In this document: positions 55,325 through 64,000 of the stretch, piece after piece
Position numbering within the stretch: position 1 is the stretch's first letter
Layout: each line of letters begins with the position of its first letter
Origin: Candidatus Aldehydirespirator sp.
GTDB lineage: Bacteria > Actinomycetota > Acidimicrobiia > Acidimicrobiales > Aldehydirespiratoraceae
Direction: 5' to 3'
Assembly: GCA_965205155.1 (NCBI GenBank)
Contig: OZ242033.1
Span: 2,677,537-2,741,536 of the forward strand
DNA: 64,000 nt
Translations under genes and position numbers: made by a program
Notes under the pieces: model-generated
Databases searched by the model: none
What the model was told of the DNA's origin: nothing
What the model saw: the letters and a program-made list of their open reading frames with translations, nothing else

Positions 55325-56061
55325 TGAGCGGTCCGGGTGAGGCCATCGATCTGCGGACCAGCGCGGCCGCGGCGGTCACCAACCAGCTCCGCCGGGAGCT
55401 GCTCGACGGCACCATCAGTCCCGGCTCTCGCATCATGCCCAAGGATCTGGCTGACCGGTTCGGCCTCAGCGTGGTGCCCGTCAGGGAGGCCCTGCGCCGG
55501 CTCGAGGCCGAGGACCTCGTTGTGGCGTCTCCCCAGCGCGCCACCTACGCGGCGGAGATCGGCCTGGAGGACCTCGCCGGGGTCTACGAACTCAGACGGA
55601 TCCTGGAGGCCGAGCTGGCCGGCCGAGCCGCGGAGCTCTCGACAGACGAGGATCACCGCCGCTGCCGTGCGGCGTTGCGGCGGCTGGGCGAATCGGAGCC
55701 GTACTCTCCGGAGTTCTTCGAAGCTCATCGCGCCTTCCACTGGCAGTTGCTCGCACCCGCCAGCACCGACGTGGCCCGCCGGGTGCTGGAGCGTCTGTGG
55801 CAGAGCGTCGACCGTTACGTCGCACTCGCGGCTAGGAAGCTCCCGGAGTTCTCCAGTTCTGACCGATCGGAGTCCTTCCACTCAGAGCATCACCTGCTCG
55901 CAACGGTGTTCGAGGCGGGCGACCGGGCCGTGTCGCGCCAGGCATTGGCTGCCCACCTCACGGCCACCGAGGAGATGTTGAAGCAGGCCTACCGTGTCCT
56001 TGCGCCCGACTCGACGGCCAGTTCGACGATGCCGGCACTCGAGACAGATTACGTTTCGTGA
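55324..56061 (+). CDS. GntR-family (FCD) transcriptional regulator
   Basis: LADRFGLSVVPVREALRRL, YELRRILE, HRAFH, EHH; TGATG overlap with the upstream gene. Confidence 0.9.
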   Translation: MSGPGEAIDLRTSAAAAVTNQLRRELLDGTISPGSRIMPKDLADRFGLSVVPVREALRRLEAEDLVVASPQRATYAAEIGLEDLAGVYELRRILEAELAGRAAELSTDEDHRRCRAALRRLGESEPYSPEFFEAHRAFHWQLLAPASTDVARRVLERLWQSVDRYVALAARKLPEFSSSDRSESFHSEHHLLATVFEAGDRAVSRQALAAHLTATEEMLKQAYRVLAPDSTASSTMPALETDYVS

Positions 56062-56064
56062 CTC

Positions 56065-57261
56065 ATGGCAGCGCTCGACAAGACTGAGGCCGCGACCGAT
56101 CCGCTGTCGGAGGCGTACGTCGCCAACGTCCTCGCCGACCTCGTGCGCATCCCCAGCACCAACCCGGGCGCCTACGAGGGCGACCTGGCCCGGAGAGTCG
56201 TCGAGTGGTTCGATCCGACACCAGTCGAGGCCGAGTTGGTCGAGTCGATGCCGGGACGCCCCTCGGTCGGCGCAGTCCTTGAGGGGAGGGGGGAGGGTCC
56301 TCGTCTAATACTGAACGGCCACCTCGACACCGTACCGATCGACGACGAGGACCTCTGGACGGTCGATCCGTTCGGTGCGTCCGTGAGCAAGGGCTTCATG
56401 TACGGACGCGGCGCGTGCGACATGAAGGCCGGCCTGGCGGTGCAGATCGCGGTTGCCCATCACCTGGCCAAGGGCCGGGATCGCCTCAACGGCACCCTCG
56501 TGCTGCACTTCGCCGCCGGCGAGGAACGGGCCGAGCCGGGAACACTGTCATTGCTGGAGGCCGGCTACCGGGGCGACTACGGGATCGTCACCGAGCCGAC
56601 CGAGCTGCGAATCGCGGCCGCCACCCGGGGTCTCGCGCCGCTGCAGATCCACCTCAAGGGCCGGTCGATCCACGCCAGTCGAGGTCACCTCGGCATCAAC
56701 CCGGCCTGGGGTCTCAAGTGGGTTCTCGAGGCCCTCGAGCAATACCGGCATGACCTCGAGAAGCGCAATCACCCGCTCCTGTCGCACGGATCGTGCACTC
56801 CCACGGTGGTCAGCGGGGGAGTGACCCCCAACGCGGTGGCCGACTCGATCGACCTGTGGGTGGACCGGCGCCTCGTCCCGGGTGAGACGGTGGACGGCGA
56901 GTTGCGGGAGGTTGCCGAGCGGTTGTCGGCCGCCCGGCCCGCCGACTCACAGGTGGAGGTGGAGGTGAGCGTCGCCTACAACCGGTTCGAACCGGCCGAG
57001 ATAAGCGTCGAGTCGAGCCTCATCCATCAACTGGTCCGCAGCGTTGAACGGGTGACAGGCCAGCCCGGCGAGGTCTACGGGGCTCCGTACTCCAGCGATG
57101 TCCGCAACCTGGTCAACGACGCCGGCATTGACGCAGTGAACTTCGGCCCGGGGAACGTTGCGGAATGTCACTGCGCCGACGAGAGGGTGGAGATCAAGCA
57201 ACTTGAGACGGCGGCCAGGGTGATTGCCGACGCCGCGGCCGAGCTGATGATCGGCAACTGA
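56065..57261 (+). CDS. M20-family metallohydrolase (ArgE/DapE-like)
   Basis: NGHLDTV, GRGACDMKAG, GEE, EPT, GRSIHAS, CHCADE. Confidence 0.9.
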   Translation: MAALDKTEAATDPLSEAYVANVLADLVRIPSTNPGAYEGDLARRVVEWFDPTPVEAELVESMPGRPSVGAVLEGRGEGPRLILNGHLDTVPIDDEDLWTVDPFGASVSKGFMYGRGACDMKAGLAVQIAVAHHLAKGRDRLNGTLVLHFAAGEERAEPGTLSLLEAGYRGDYGIVTEPTELRIAAATRGLAPLQIHLKGRSIHASRGHLGINPAWGLKWVLEALEQYRHDLEKRNHPLLSHGSCTPTVVSGGVTPNAVADSIDLWVDRRLVPGETVDGELREVAERLSAARPADSQVEVEVSVAYNRFEPAEISVESSLIHQLVRSVERVTGQPGEVYGAPYSSDVRNLVNDAGIDAVNFGPGNVAECHCADERVEIKQLETAARVIADAAAELMIGN

Positions 57262-57270
57262 ACCCGTCTA

Positions 57271-58914
57271 ATGGGACCGAGCGGCATGCAGCATCACGAG
57301 TACATGGAAGACCGCGAGATGCTGAAGATGATCGAGGAATCGGTCGCCGACTCGGCGCCTGTCGGCTCGTCTGCGCTGGCGGCGCGGGGCATCACCAAGG
57401 CCTTTCCGGGTGTGCTGGCCAACGATCGGATCGACTTCGACGTGGTCTCGGGCGAGGTCCACGCCCTCCTGGGCGAGAACGGTTCGGGCAAGACCACGCT
57501 GTGCAAGATCCTCACCGGCCTCTACCGGCCCGACGCCGGCCTGGTCCTCGTGGACGGTCGGCCCGTGCACTTCCGGTCACCCGCTGAGGCCTACGCCGCG
57601 GGCATCTTCATGGTCCACCAACACTTCAGCCTGGTCGGACCGCTCACGGTCGCCGAGAACGTCGTGCTCGGCTGGACACGCGAGGGCGGGTTCCGTTTCA
57701 ACCGGACCGACATCGAGGACCAGGTCGCGGCGGTCGCCGAGCGTCTCGAGATGCACGTCGACCCCCGGGCTCAGATTTCCAGGCTGTCAGTCGGCGAGAG
57801 GCAGCGGGTCGAGATCCTCAAGGCCCTGTACCGGGGAGCTAGGACCCTCATACTCGACGAGCCGACCACCGTCCTGACTCCGCAGGAGGCCGATCAGCTG
57901 TTCATCTCGCTCCGGCGGATGGCCGACGCCGGTGAATCGGTCGTCTTCATCTCGCACAAGCTCGACGAGGTGTCGGCGCTGTGCGATCGCGTCACCGTTC
58001 TCCGGCAGGGTCGGACGTCCGGTTCGGCGAACCTGCGCGAGGAACGAGTCGACGCCCGGGGGCTTGCTCGACTGATGGTCGGCCGTGACATCCACTTCGA
58101 GCGTCGCTCGCGGGTCGCGGCGGCCCGCGAGGGAACCGCCGTTCTGGAGATGAGCGGCGTGAGCGCGGTCGACGAGGACGGCAACCGAGTGCTCACCGAC
58201 GTCGAGTTGAGCATCGGCGCCGGCGAGATTCTCGGGCTGGCCGGAGTCGCCGGCAACGGCCAACTGGCACTGGCCGAAGTCATCACGGGCGTCAGACCGA
58301 GTGCCAGTGGCGAGGTCGCGCTCGACGGCGAGCCGATCCCGCCCGGCAATGTTCGCGCCGCGGTGGACCGGGGGATCGCCTACGTGCCCGAGGATCGGAT
58401 GGGCACCGGTCTGGCACCGGGGTTGTCGGTCGCCGACAACATCACGCTGAAGGCGTTCCGGCGCCCGGAGTACGGCCGCGGACCATTCCTCAGCAGGCCC
58501 CGGATCGAGGAGCGGACCAACGCTCTCATCACCGAGTTCGACGTGAAGGGAACAGTCGACACGCTGGCCCGACAACTCTCGGGCGGCAACGCCCAGAGGG
58601 TGGTGCTGGCTCGCGAGATCTCTTCCCAGCCCCGCCTGCTGGTGGTGGCCACACCTACCCGGGGCCTCGATGTGTCGGCCATGGAGACGATTCGCGGACT
58701 GCTCATCGACGCGGCCGAGGCGGGCGTCGCCATCCTGTTGATCTCCGAGGATCTCGGCGAGATCCTCGATCTGGCGGATCGGGTGGCGGTGATCTGCGCC
58801 GGTCGGATCCAGGGCGTGCTCGACGCCGAAGGGGCCGACGTGGAGGAGATCGGCCTGCTCATGATGGGTGGCTCAGTGGAGCGAGCCGAGAGGACCGCCG
58901 ATGCCGTGGATTGA
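57271..58914 (+). CDS. ABC ATPase with a double domain (nucleoside/sugar type)
   Basis: GENGSGKTT, LSVGERQR, LDEPT, PEDR, LSGGNAQR, PTRGLD; the true start may be a later ATG. Confidence 0.9.
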   Translation: MGPSGMQHHEYMEDREMLKMIEESVADSAPVGSSALAARGITKAFPGVLANDRIDFDVVSGEVHALLGENGSGKTTLCKILTGLYRPDAGLVLVDGRPVHFRSPAEAYAAGIFMVHQHFSLVGPLTVAENVVLGWTREGGFRFNRTDIEDQVAAVAERLEMHVDPRAQISRLSVGERQRVEILKALYRGARTLILDEPTTVLTPQEADQLFISLRRMADAGESVVFISHKLDEVSALCDRVTVLRQGRTSGSANLREERVDARGLARLMVGRDIHFERRSRVAAAREGTAVLEMSGVSAVDEDGNRVLTDVELSIGAGEILGLAGVAGNGQLALAEVITGVRPSASGEVALDGEPIPPGNVRAAVDRGIAYVPEDRMGTGLAPGLSVADNITLKAFRRPEYGRGPFLSRPRIEERTNALITEFDVKGTVDTLARQLSGGNAQRVVLAREISSQPRLLVVATPTRGLDVSAMETIRGLLIDAAEAGVAILLISEDLGEILDLADRVAVICAGRIQGVLDAEGADVEEIGLLMMGGSVERAERTADAVD

Positions 58915-60076
58915 GTTCCGGCTGGAGAAGCGGCTCGAGCCCCCGCGCTGGCTCGGACCCTCGATGCCGTTCGTGGCCGTCTCTGCGGCGCTCTTCCTGG
59001 GTGCCGCGATCCTCCTGGTGAGCGGCCGCAATCCGGTCGTCATCTACCAGCGAATGTTCCAGGCCGCGTTCACGAACCCGGGAGCACTGTCGGCGACCCT
59101 GACCGCCGCGACACCGCTGTTGTTGACCGGCCTCGCCGCCGCGGTCGCCTTCCGCATGCGGGTCTGGAACATCGGCGCCGACGGTCAGCTGATGATCGCG
59201 GCGGTCCTGGCCGCCGGCGTCGGTATCGCCCTCGGCGAGCGGAGCATCGCCATCAGCCTTCCGGCCATGCTCGTGGCCGGTGTGATCGGAGGCGTCGCCT
59301 GGGCTCTCATCCCCGCGCTGCTGCGCGCCTACCTGCGAACGAGCGAAGTGCTGACGACGCTGATGCTGAACTACGTCGCGCCGCTCATCCTCTTCTACCT
59401 GATCATCGATTCGACCTCCTACTGGAGGGATCTGGAGAGTCCCAGCGCCCGGGTGTTCCCCCAGGGCAAGACCCTGGCCGAATCCGACTTCTGGCCCGAG
59501 TACGGCGAGGGAATCGCCGTCCCCTTCGGTCTGGTCGTGGGCGTGGTCCTCGCTGTGCTCCTAGCAGTCCTGCTCCGCAGCACTCGCCTGGGGTTCCAGA
59601 TGAAGGTTGCAGCCGACAGCGAGGCCGCCGGCCACTACGCCGGCATCCGCACGGTCCGGCTGCTGATACTCGTGATGGTCATCTCGGGTGCGCTCGCCGG
59701 AGTCGCGGGCGCCTCCCAGGTAGGCGACTTCTCCCATCGCATCGAGCCCAAGGCGCTCCAGTTCGCGACATACGGCTACACCGGCATCGCGGTCGCGGCC
59801 CTGGCCCGGTACAACCCCCTCGGTGTGGTGCTGAGCGCTTTCCTCGTGGGCGGCATGACCAACGCGGGCTTCGCCATCCAGGGTGTCGATCTCCCGCTGG
59901 GGCTGATCGGACTGATCCAAGGGCTGATTCTCCTGCTCGTCGCGGCCAGCGAGGTCAGCTCCCGTTACCGGTTCGTCTTCGGGCGCCGGGCCAGATCCGA
60001 GCCCCATGGCACGGGGCCCCCTCGAGAGATCGACGAACAGACAGCCGCGGGCGCGGGCCAGGAAGCGGCACCATGA
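58901..60076 (+). CDS. ABC permease (nucleoside type, subunit 1)
   Basis: WNIGADGQ, SEVLTTLMLNY, GYTGIAVAALAR. Confidence 0.9.
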   Translation: MPWIEFRLEKRLEPPRWLGPSMPFVAVSAALFLGAAILLVSGRNPVVIYQRMFQAAFTNPGALSATLTAATPLLLTGLAAAVAFRMRVWNIGADGQLMIAAVLAAGVGIALGERSIAISLPAMLVAGVIGGVAWALIPALLRAYLRTSEVLTTLMLNYVAPLILFYLIIDSTSYWRDLESPSARVFPQGKTLAESDFWPEYGEGIAVPFGLVVGVVLAVLLAVLLRSTRLGFQMKVAADSEAAGHYAGIRTVRLLILVMVISGALAGVAGASQVGDFSHRIEPKALQFATYGYTGIAVAALARYNPLGVVLSAFLVGGMTNAGFAIQGVDLPLGLIGLIQGLILLLVAASEVSSRYRFVFGRRARSEPHGTGPPREIDEQTAAGAGQEAAP

Positions 60077-61032
60077 ACGAGACCCTCCTCGTCACCCTTC
60101 TGGCAGCCGGGGTCCTCTACGGGACGCCCCTGGTGCTGGCCGGCATCGGCGAACTCTTCGCCGAGCGCAGCGGCGTCATGAACCTCGGGGTCGAGGCGAT
60201 GATGCTCATGGGTGCCGCCACCGCGTTCTGGACATCGCAGTCGTTCGATGGTCCTGGCTGGATCGCGCTGACCGTCTCGCTGGCTGTGGCCGCCGCCACC
60301 GGCACGGCGCTGGCTGCGATCTACGCCTTCACCGTGGTGACCCTGCGAGCCAGCCAGATCGTGGCCGGCCTGGCGCTCCTGATACTCGGAGGAGCGGCCG
60401 GGCTGTCGAGCTACATAGCCTCGATCGGCGACCTCGCGCGGGATACCGGGAAGCACCGTCTGCCCGACTACGACCCGTTCGGGCTCGCCGATCTTCCGGT
60501 CGTCGGGCCGTTGCTGTTCGATCAGAACATCCTCGTGTACGGCTCCTGGGTACTGGTCGTCCTGGCCAGCCTCTACCTCCACCGGACCCGGCCGGGGCTG
60601 CATCTCCGCGCCGTCGGCGAGGATCCCAAGTCGGCCGACGCCATGGGAGTCAACGTCGTCGCGTACCGCTACGCCCACACCATGTTCGGTGGGGCCATGG
60701 CCGGCATAGCGGGGGCCTACTACACCCTCGCCATCGCCCCGAACTGGGTTGACAACATCACCGCGGGGGCCGGCTGGATCGCGATAGCGCTGGTCATTAC
60801 ATCTTTCTGGCGGCCGGGGCTGCTGCTGGTCGGCGCCTACCTGTTCGGGATCGTGACCAGCCTGGGCTTCACTCTCCAGACCCGGGGCGTGGACCTCCCC
60901 TCCCAGATCTTCAGCGCCATGCCGTACCTGTTGACCATCGTGGCCGTCGTACTCGTCTCCAGCGGTTGGGGGCGCGGCCGCCTGCATCCCCCTGCGGCGC
61001 TGGGCGATCCGTACAGCCGCGAGGATGCCTGA
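60073..61032 (+). CDS. ABC permease (nucleoside type, subunit 2)
   Basis: ERSGVMNLGVE, RAVGEDP, GAGWIAIAL, PYLLT, PAALG. Confidence 0.9.
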   Translation: MNETLLVTLLAAGVLYGTPLVLAGIGELFAERSGVMNLGVEAMMLMGAATAFWTSQSFDGPGWIALTVSLAVAAATGTALAAIYAFTVVTLRASQIVAGLALLILGGAAGLSSYIASIGDLARDTGKHRLPDYDPFGLADLPVVGPLLFDQNILVYGSWVLVVLASLYLHRTRPGLHLRAVGEDPKSADAMGVNVVAYRYAHTMFGGAMAGIAGAYYTLAIAPNWVDNITAGAGWIAIALVITSFWRPGLLLVGAYLFGIVTSLGFTLQTRGVDLPSQIFSAMPYLLTIVAVVLVSSGWGRGRLHPPAALGDPYSREDA

Positions 61033-61062
61033 CGCAACAACCCGCGCCATAAGTATTCAATT

Positions 61063-61115
61063 ATGTCAATTAGAGGGTACTGTTCTTTGACATTTGCCAA
61101 CCGATCGGTCAGGCT
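61063..61115 (+). promoter_or_regulatory. Internal promoter and inverted repeat upstream of the BMP gene
   Basis: ATGTCAA (61063-61069)-N17-TTGACAT (61087-61093); TTGACA-N17-CAGGCT; AT-rich. Confidence 0.5.
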
Positions 61116-61217
61116 GGTGCACAACGAAGGGGGTGCGAGCCGCTGGGGTCCCTGGGCGCCGCTCTGCGGCGGTCCATTGACCTCTCGCACGCGCCACGCA
61201 AAGCGGAGGTTCACGTC

Positions 61218-62519
61218 TTGATGCAAAGCTCAGCCAACAGCCATAGAGCCATACGTCTGCTCCTGCGACTCATGGCCATGTTCGCCGTGGGAGCGTTGAT
61301 CGCGGCCGGTTGCGGTGACGACGACGAGCCGGCGGAGCAGCCCGCCGCCGAGCAGCCCGCCGCCGAAGAACCGACTGCAGAGGAGCCGGCTGCGGAGGAG
61401 CCCGCCGCGGAGGAACCGGCTGCGGAGGAGCCCGCCGCCGAAGAACCCGCAGCCGAAGAACCCGCCGCCGAAGAACCCGCCGCCGAAGAACCCGCAGCCG
61501 AGCCCCTCCAGGTTCTGTTCCTGTACTCGGGTGTCATCAACGACGGCGGATGGACCGAGGCGTTCGACATCGCTCGCCAGGAACTCGAGGTCGCATTCGC
61601 CGGTCGTATCGAGACCACGTTCAAGGAGAGCCTCTTCGGCGCGGAGTTGATCTCTCAGGTCATCGACCAGGGGCTTCTCGACGGCGCCGATGTGATCGTC
61701 GGTACCAGCTTCGGGCAGGGGGAACCCATGCTCGCGGCCGCAGCCGAGAACCCGGACGTGTTCTTCATCGTCAGCCAGTGGGACAACCCCGGTGATCTCG
61801 ACAACTTCGCCGGGTACGTCAACGCGCCGGAGGACGGTGCCTACATCGAGGGTGTCATCGCAGGCCATCTGATCGGCGAGGGCGAGACCGTCGGGTGGGT
61901 GGACGCGTTCGCCATCCCCTACGACATCCGGACCATCAACGGATTCGCCCTCGGACTCCAACACAGCAACCCGACCGCGAGGGTCAGCACCGTCTTCACC
62001 AACGACTGGGTCGACCAGAATCTCTTCGCCCAGGCGGCGCGAAGCCTCGTCGACTCGGGCGTGAGCTTCATCGCCTCCAGCATCGGCGGCGCCACCATCG
62101 GCGAGATCGCCGAGAGTTCCGGAACCCCGCACACCGGGGTCTATCTCGACGCGAGCGAGTACGCGCCGAACACGACTCTCACCACGCGGGAGTACACCTG
62201 GACGCCGATGCTCGAGAGGTATCTGGGATCGATCTTCGACGGGAACTTCGACACCTCGTTCGCCTACCAGGGAATGAGCGACGGAGTCGTCACAATGACC
62301 GACTGGGGACCCCTCTTTGACCAGTTGTCGGATGAGGCCAAGGCCGATGTCGAGGCTGAGTTGGCTCGCGTTGCGAGCGCTCCGGGGACGGTGTTCGTCG
62401 GTCCGCTCGTGGACATCCACGGCAACGTGATCGCGGAAGAGGGAGAGTCGCTCGGTGTCGAAGCGCTCCGGTCCATGGCCTGGGTCATGCCCAACGTCGA
62501 TGGAGTGGAAGGACTCTGA
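61218..62519 (+). CDS. BMP-family (purine nucleoside) ABC substrate-binding lipoprotein
   Basis: Lipobox AAGC; INDGGWT, GTSFG, INGFALG; RBS GGAGG. Confidence 0.85.
   Translation: MMQSSANSHRAIRLLLRLMAMFAVGALIAAGCGDDDEPAEQPAAEQPAAEEPTAEEPAAEEPAAEEPAAEEPAAEEPAAEEPAAEEPAAEEPAAEPLQVLFLYSGVINDGGWTEAFDIARQELEVAFAGRIETTFKESLFGAELISQVIDQGLLDGADVIVGTSFGQGEPMLAAAAENPDVFFIVSQWDNPGDLDNFAGYVNAPEDGAYIEGVIAGHLIGEGETVGWVDAFAIPYDIRTINGFALGLQHSNPTARVSTVFTNDWVDQNLFAQAARSLVDSGVSFIASSIGGATIGEIAESSGTPHTGVYLDASEYAPNTTLTTREYTWTPMLERYLGSIFDGNFDTSFAYQGMSDGVVTMTDWGPLFDQLSDEAKADVEAELARVASAPGTVFVGPLVDIHGNVIAEEGESLGVEALRSMAWVMPNVDGVEGL
61335..61499 (+). repeat. 15-bp tandem repeat x11 encoding E(E/Q)PAA
   Basis: gaagaacccgccgcc-type units. 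Confidence 0.9.
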
Positions 62520-62587
62520 TCGGCTAGCAGTGACACGACGCCCCTGGGTCCCGGTCCCACCGCCCGGCACCCGGGGGCAGTCGCCCC

Positions 62588-63442
62588 ATGAGTAGCGTCC
62601 TCCTGCCGACAGGGCTCGAGCAGGCACTCGAATTCCTGGCCGCCGACCCGCACCCGCAGGTGCTTGCTGGTGGCACCGACTTCATGGTCGAAGTCAACTA
62701 CGACCATCGCCGCCCGACCGCGGTCATGAGTCTCCGGCGAGTCGACGAACTGCGGGGTTGGCACCGGCACGGCGACCGCTTGACGATGGGTGCCGGACTG
62801 CGCTACGTCGACATGCTCGAGTCCGAGTTCGAGGCGTCGGCTCCCGCCCTGGCGCAGGCGGCCCGTACCGTCGGCTCTCCCCAGATCCGCAACACCGGGA
62901 CCATCGGCGGCAACGTCGCGACCGCTTCACCGGCCGGTGACACCCTTCCGGTCCTGTACGCACTGGACGCCGAGGTGACCGTGTCCAGCACTCGCGGCGA
63001 CCGCGTAGTGCCCATTCAAGAGCTGGTCGTGGGGCCGAAGCGGACCGCTCTCGCCCATGATGAGCTGATCGTGTCGATCAGCATTCCGGCGGCCAGGGGA
63101 CCTCAGGAGTTCCTGAAAATCGGAGTTCGCAACGCGATGGTGATCGCGGTGGCGAGCGTGGCGTTGGTCGTGGACGGGGACAACGAGCGCATCGGGTGCG
63201 CTCTCGGATCGGTCGGGCCGACCGTCATCCGCTGCTCCGAAGGGGAGGCGATGGCAGAGGCCGAGATCGACTGGGACCGCCTCCACCTGCCCGACCCGCG
63301 CGTATACGAGACATTCGGTGCCATGTGCGCGGCCGCGTCATCGCCCATCGACGACCACCGGTCAACCAGCCGGTACCGACGACACGGCATCTACGTCCTT
63401 GCCACGCGGGCGCTGATGCGCGCCTTCGAGCCCGGTGCCTGA
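62588..63442 (+). CDS. Xanthine dehydrogenase-family FAD subunit
   Basis: AGGTD, GSPQIRNTGTIGGN, KIGVRNAMVI, PIDDHRST. Confidence 0.9.
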   Translation: MSSVLLPTGLEQALEFLAADPHPQVLAGGTDFMVEVNYDHRRPTAVMSLRRVDELRGWHRHGDRLTMGAGLRYVDMLESEFEASAPALAQAARTVGSPQIRNTGTIGGNVATASPAGDTLPVLYALDAEVTVSSTRGDRVVPIQELVVGPKRTALAHDELIVSISIPAARGPQEFLKIGVRNAMVIAVASVALVVDGDNERIGCALGSVGPTVIRCSEGEAMAEAEIDWDRLHLPDPRVYETFGAMCAAASSPIDDHRSTSRYRRHGIYVLATRALMRAFEPGA

Positions 63443-63445
63443 CTC

Positions 63446-63925
63446 GTGACCGAGGCGGTCACCTACCGGCTCCGGGTCAACGGAGCAGACCACGCCGTCG
63501 AATCGTCGTGGCTGGGCGAGAGCCTTCTCTATGTCCTGCGGGAACGGCTCGGACTGGTTGGAAGCAAGAACGCCTGCGAGGAGGGCGAGTGCGGTTCGTG
63601 CTCGGTCCTCGTGGACGGTCGCCTGGTGTGCTCCTGCCTGGAGTTGGCGGCCGCCGCGGAGGGGACCGAGATCGTCACCGTGGAGGGGCTCTCACCCGAC
63701 GGCACGCTCTCCGACGTGCAGGAGGCGCTAGTCGCCGAGGGTGGGGTTCAGTGCGGGTTCTGCACACCCGGCTTCGTCGTCGCGGTACACGACCTCCTCG
63801 ACGGGAACGCTAGTCCGAGCCGGCTCGAGACCAAGGAGGCGCTGGCCGGCAATCTCTGCCGATGCACCGGCTACGGCCGGATCGAGGCGGCAGTCGAGCG
63901 GGTGGTGGAGTTGCGCCGTGGCTGA
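63446..63925 (+). CDS. Xanthine dehydrogenase-family 2Fe-2S subunit
   Basis: CEEGECGSC..C, QCGFCTPG, GNLCRCTGY. Confidence 0.93.
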   Translation: MTEAVTYRLRVNGADHAVESSWLGESLLYVLRERLGLVGSKNACEEGECGSCSVLVDGRLVCSCLELAAAAEGTEIVTVEGLSPDGTLSDVQEALVAEGGVQCGFCTPGFVVAVHDLLDGNASPSRLETKEALAGNLCRCTGYGRIEAAVERVVELRRG

Positions 63926-64000
63926 CGGTGTCCGTGTGGTCGACCGTCCACGTACCGGGATCGGTGTGTCCACCCGCCGCCCGGACGGCGGCCCGAAGGT
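63918..64000 (+). CDS. Xanthine dehydrogenase-family molybdopterin subunit (5' fragment)
   Basis: GTG overlaps the upstream gene; MADGVRVVDRPRTGIGVSTRRPDGGPKV matches Mo-subunit N-termini (GIG..RPD..KV). Confidence 0.75.
   Translation, partial: MADGVRVVDRPRTGIGVSTRRPDGGPK

Overview
GC-rich bacterial chromosome segment. The gene order and protein style point to an actinobacterium, most likely Acidimicrobiia; a marine or host-associated niche is only inferred from the catabolic content. The core backbone is pdtaR-polA-rpsA-coaE-uvrB...uvrA-uvrC...rapZ-gap-pgk-tpiA-secG...tRNA-Leu(GAG). Accessory blocks interrupt it: (i) protocatechuate 4,5-cleavage genes (ligA, ligC) and a GntR-LacI-regulated THI5-type ABC operon containing an atypical nucleoside phosphorylase; (ii) a DUF222/HNH + PP2C insert between uvrB and uvrA with a PafBC-like promoter; (iii) an NCS2 permease fused to a kinase-like tail plus an SDR/hydantoinase/FAD-oxidoreductase cluster between uvrC and rapZ; (iv) downstream of the tRNA, a His/Asp-repeat metal-binding lipoprotein with a Zur-like box, two toxin-antitoxin pairs, DddQ-like, sulfatase and CntA-like enzymes, a broken carbonic anhydrase, and a GcvT-like/deaminase/BMP-ABC/xanthine-dehydrogenase locus that may catabolise modified purines. 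yvcK-whiA are missing from their usual position. Many genes look leaderless, and coaE and parE lack a well-placed canonical start codon. No CRISPR array, rRNA, integrase or IS transposase was seen. All product calls come from recalled family motifs, not database searches.
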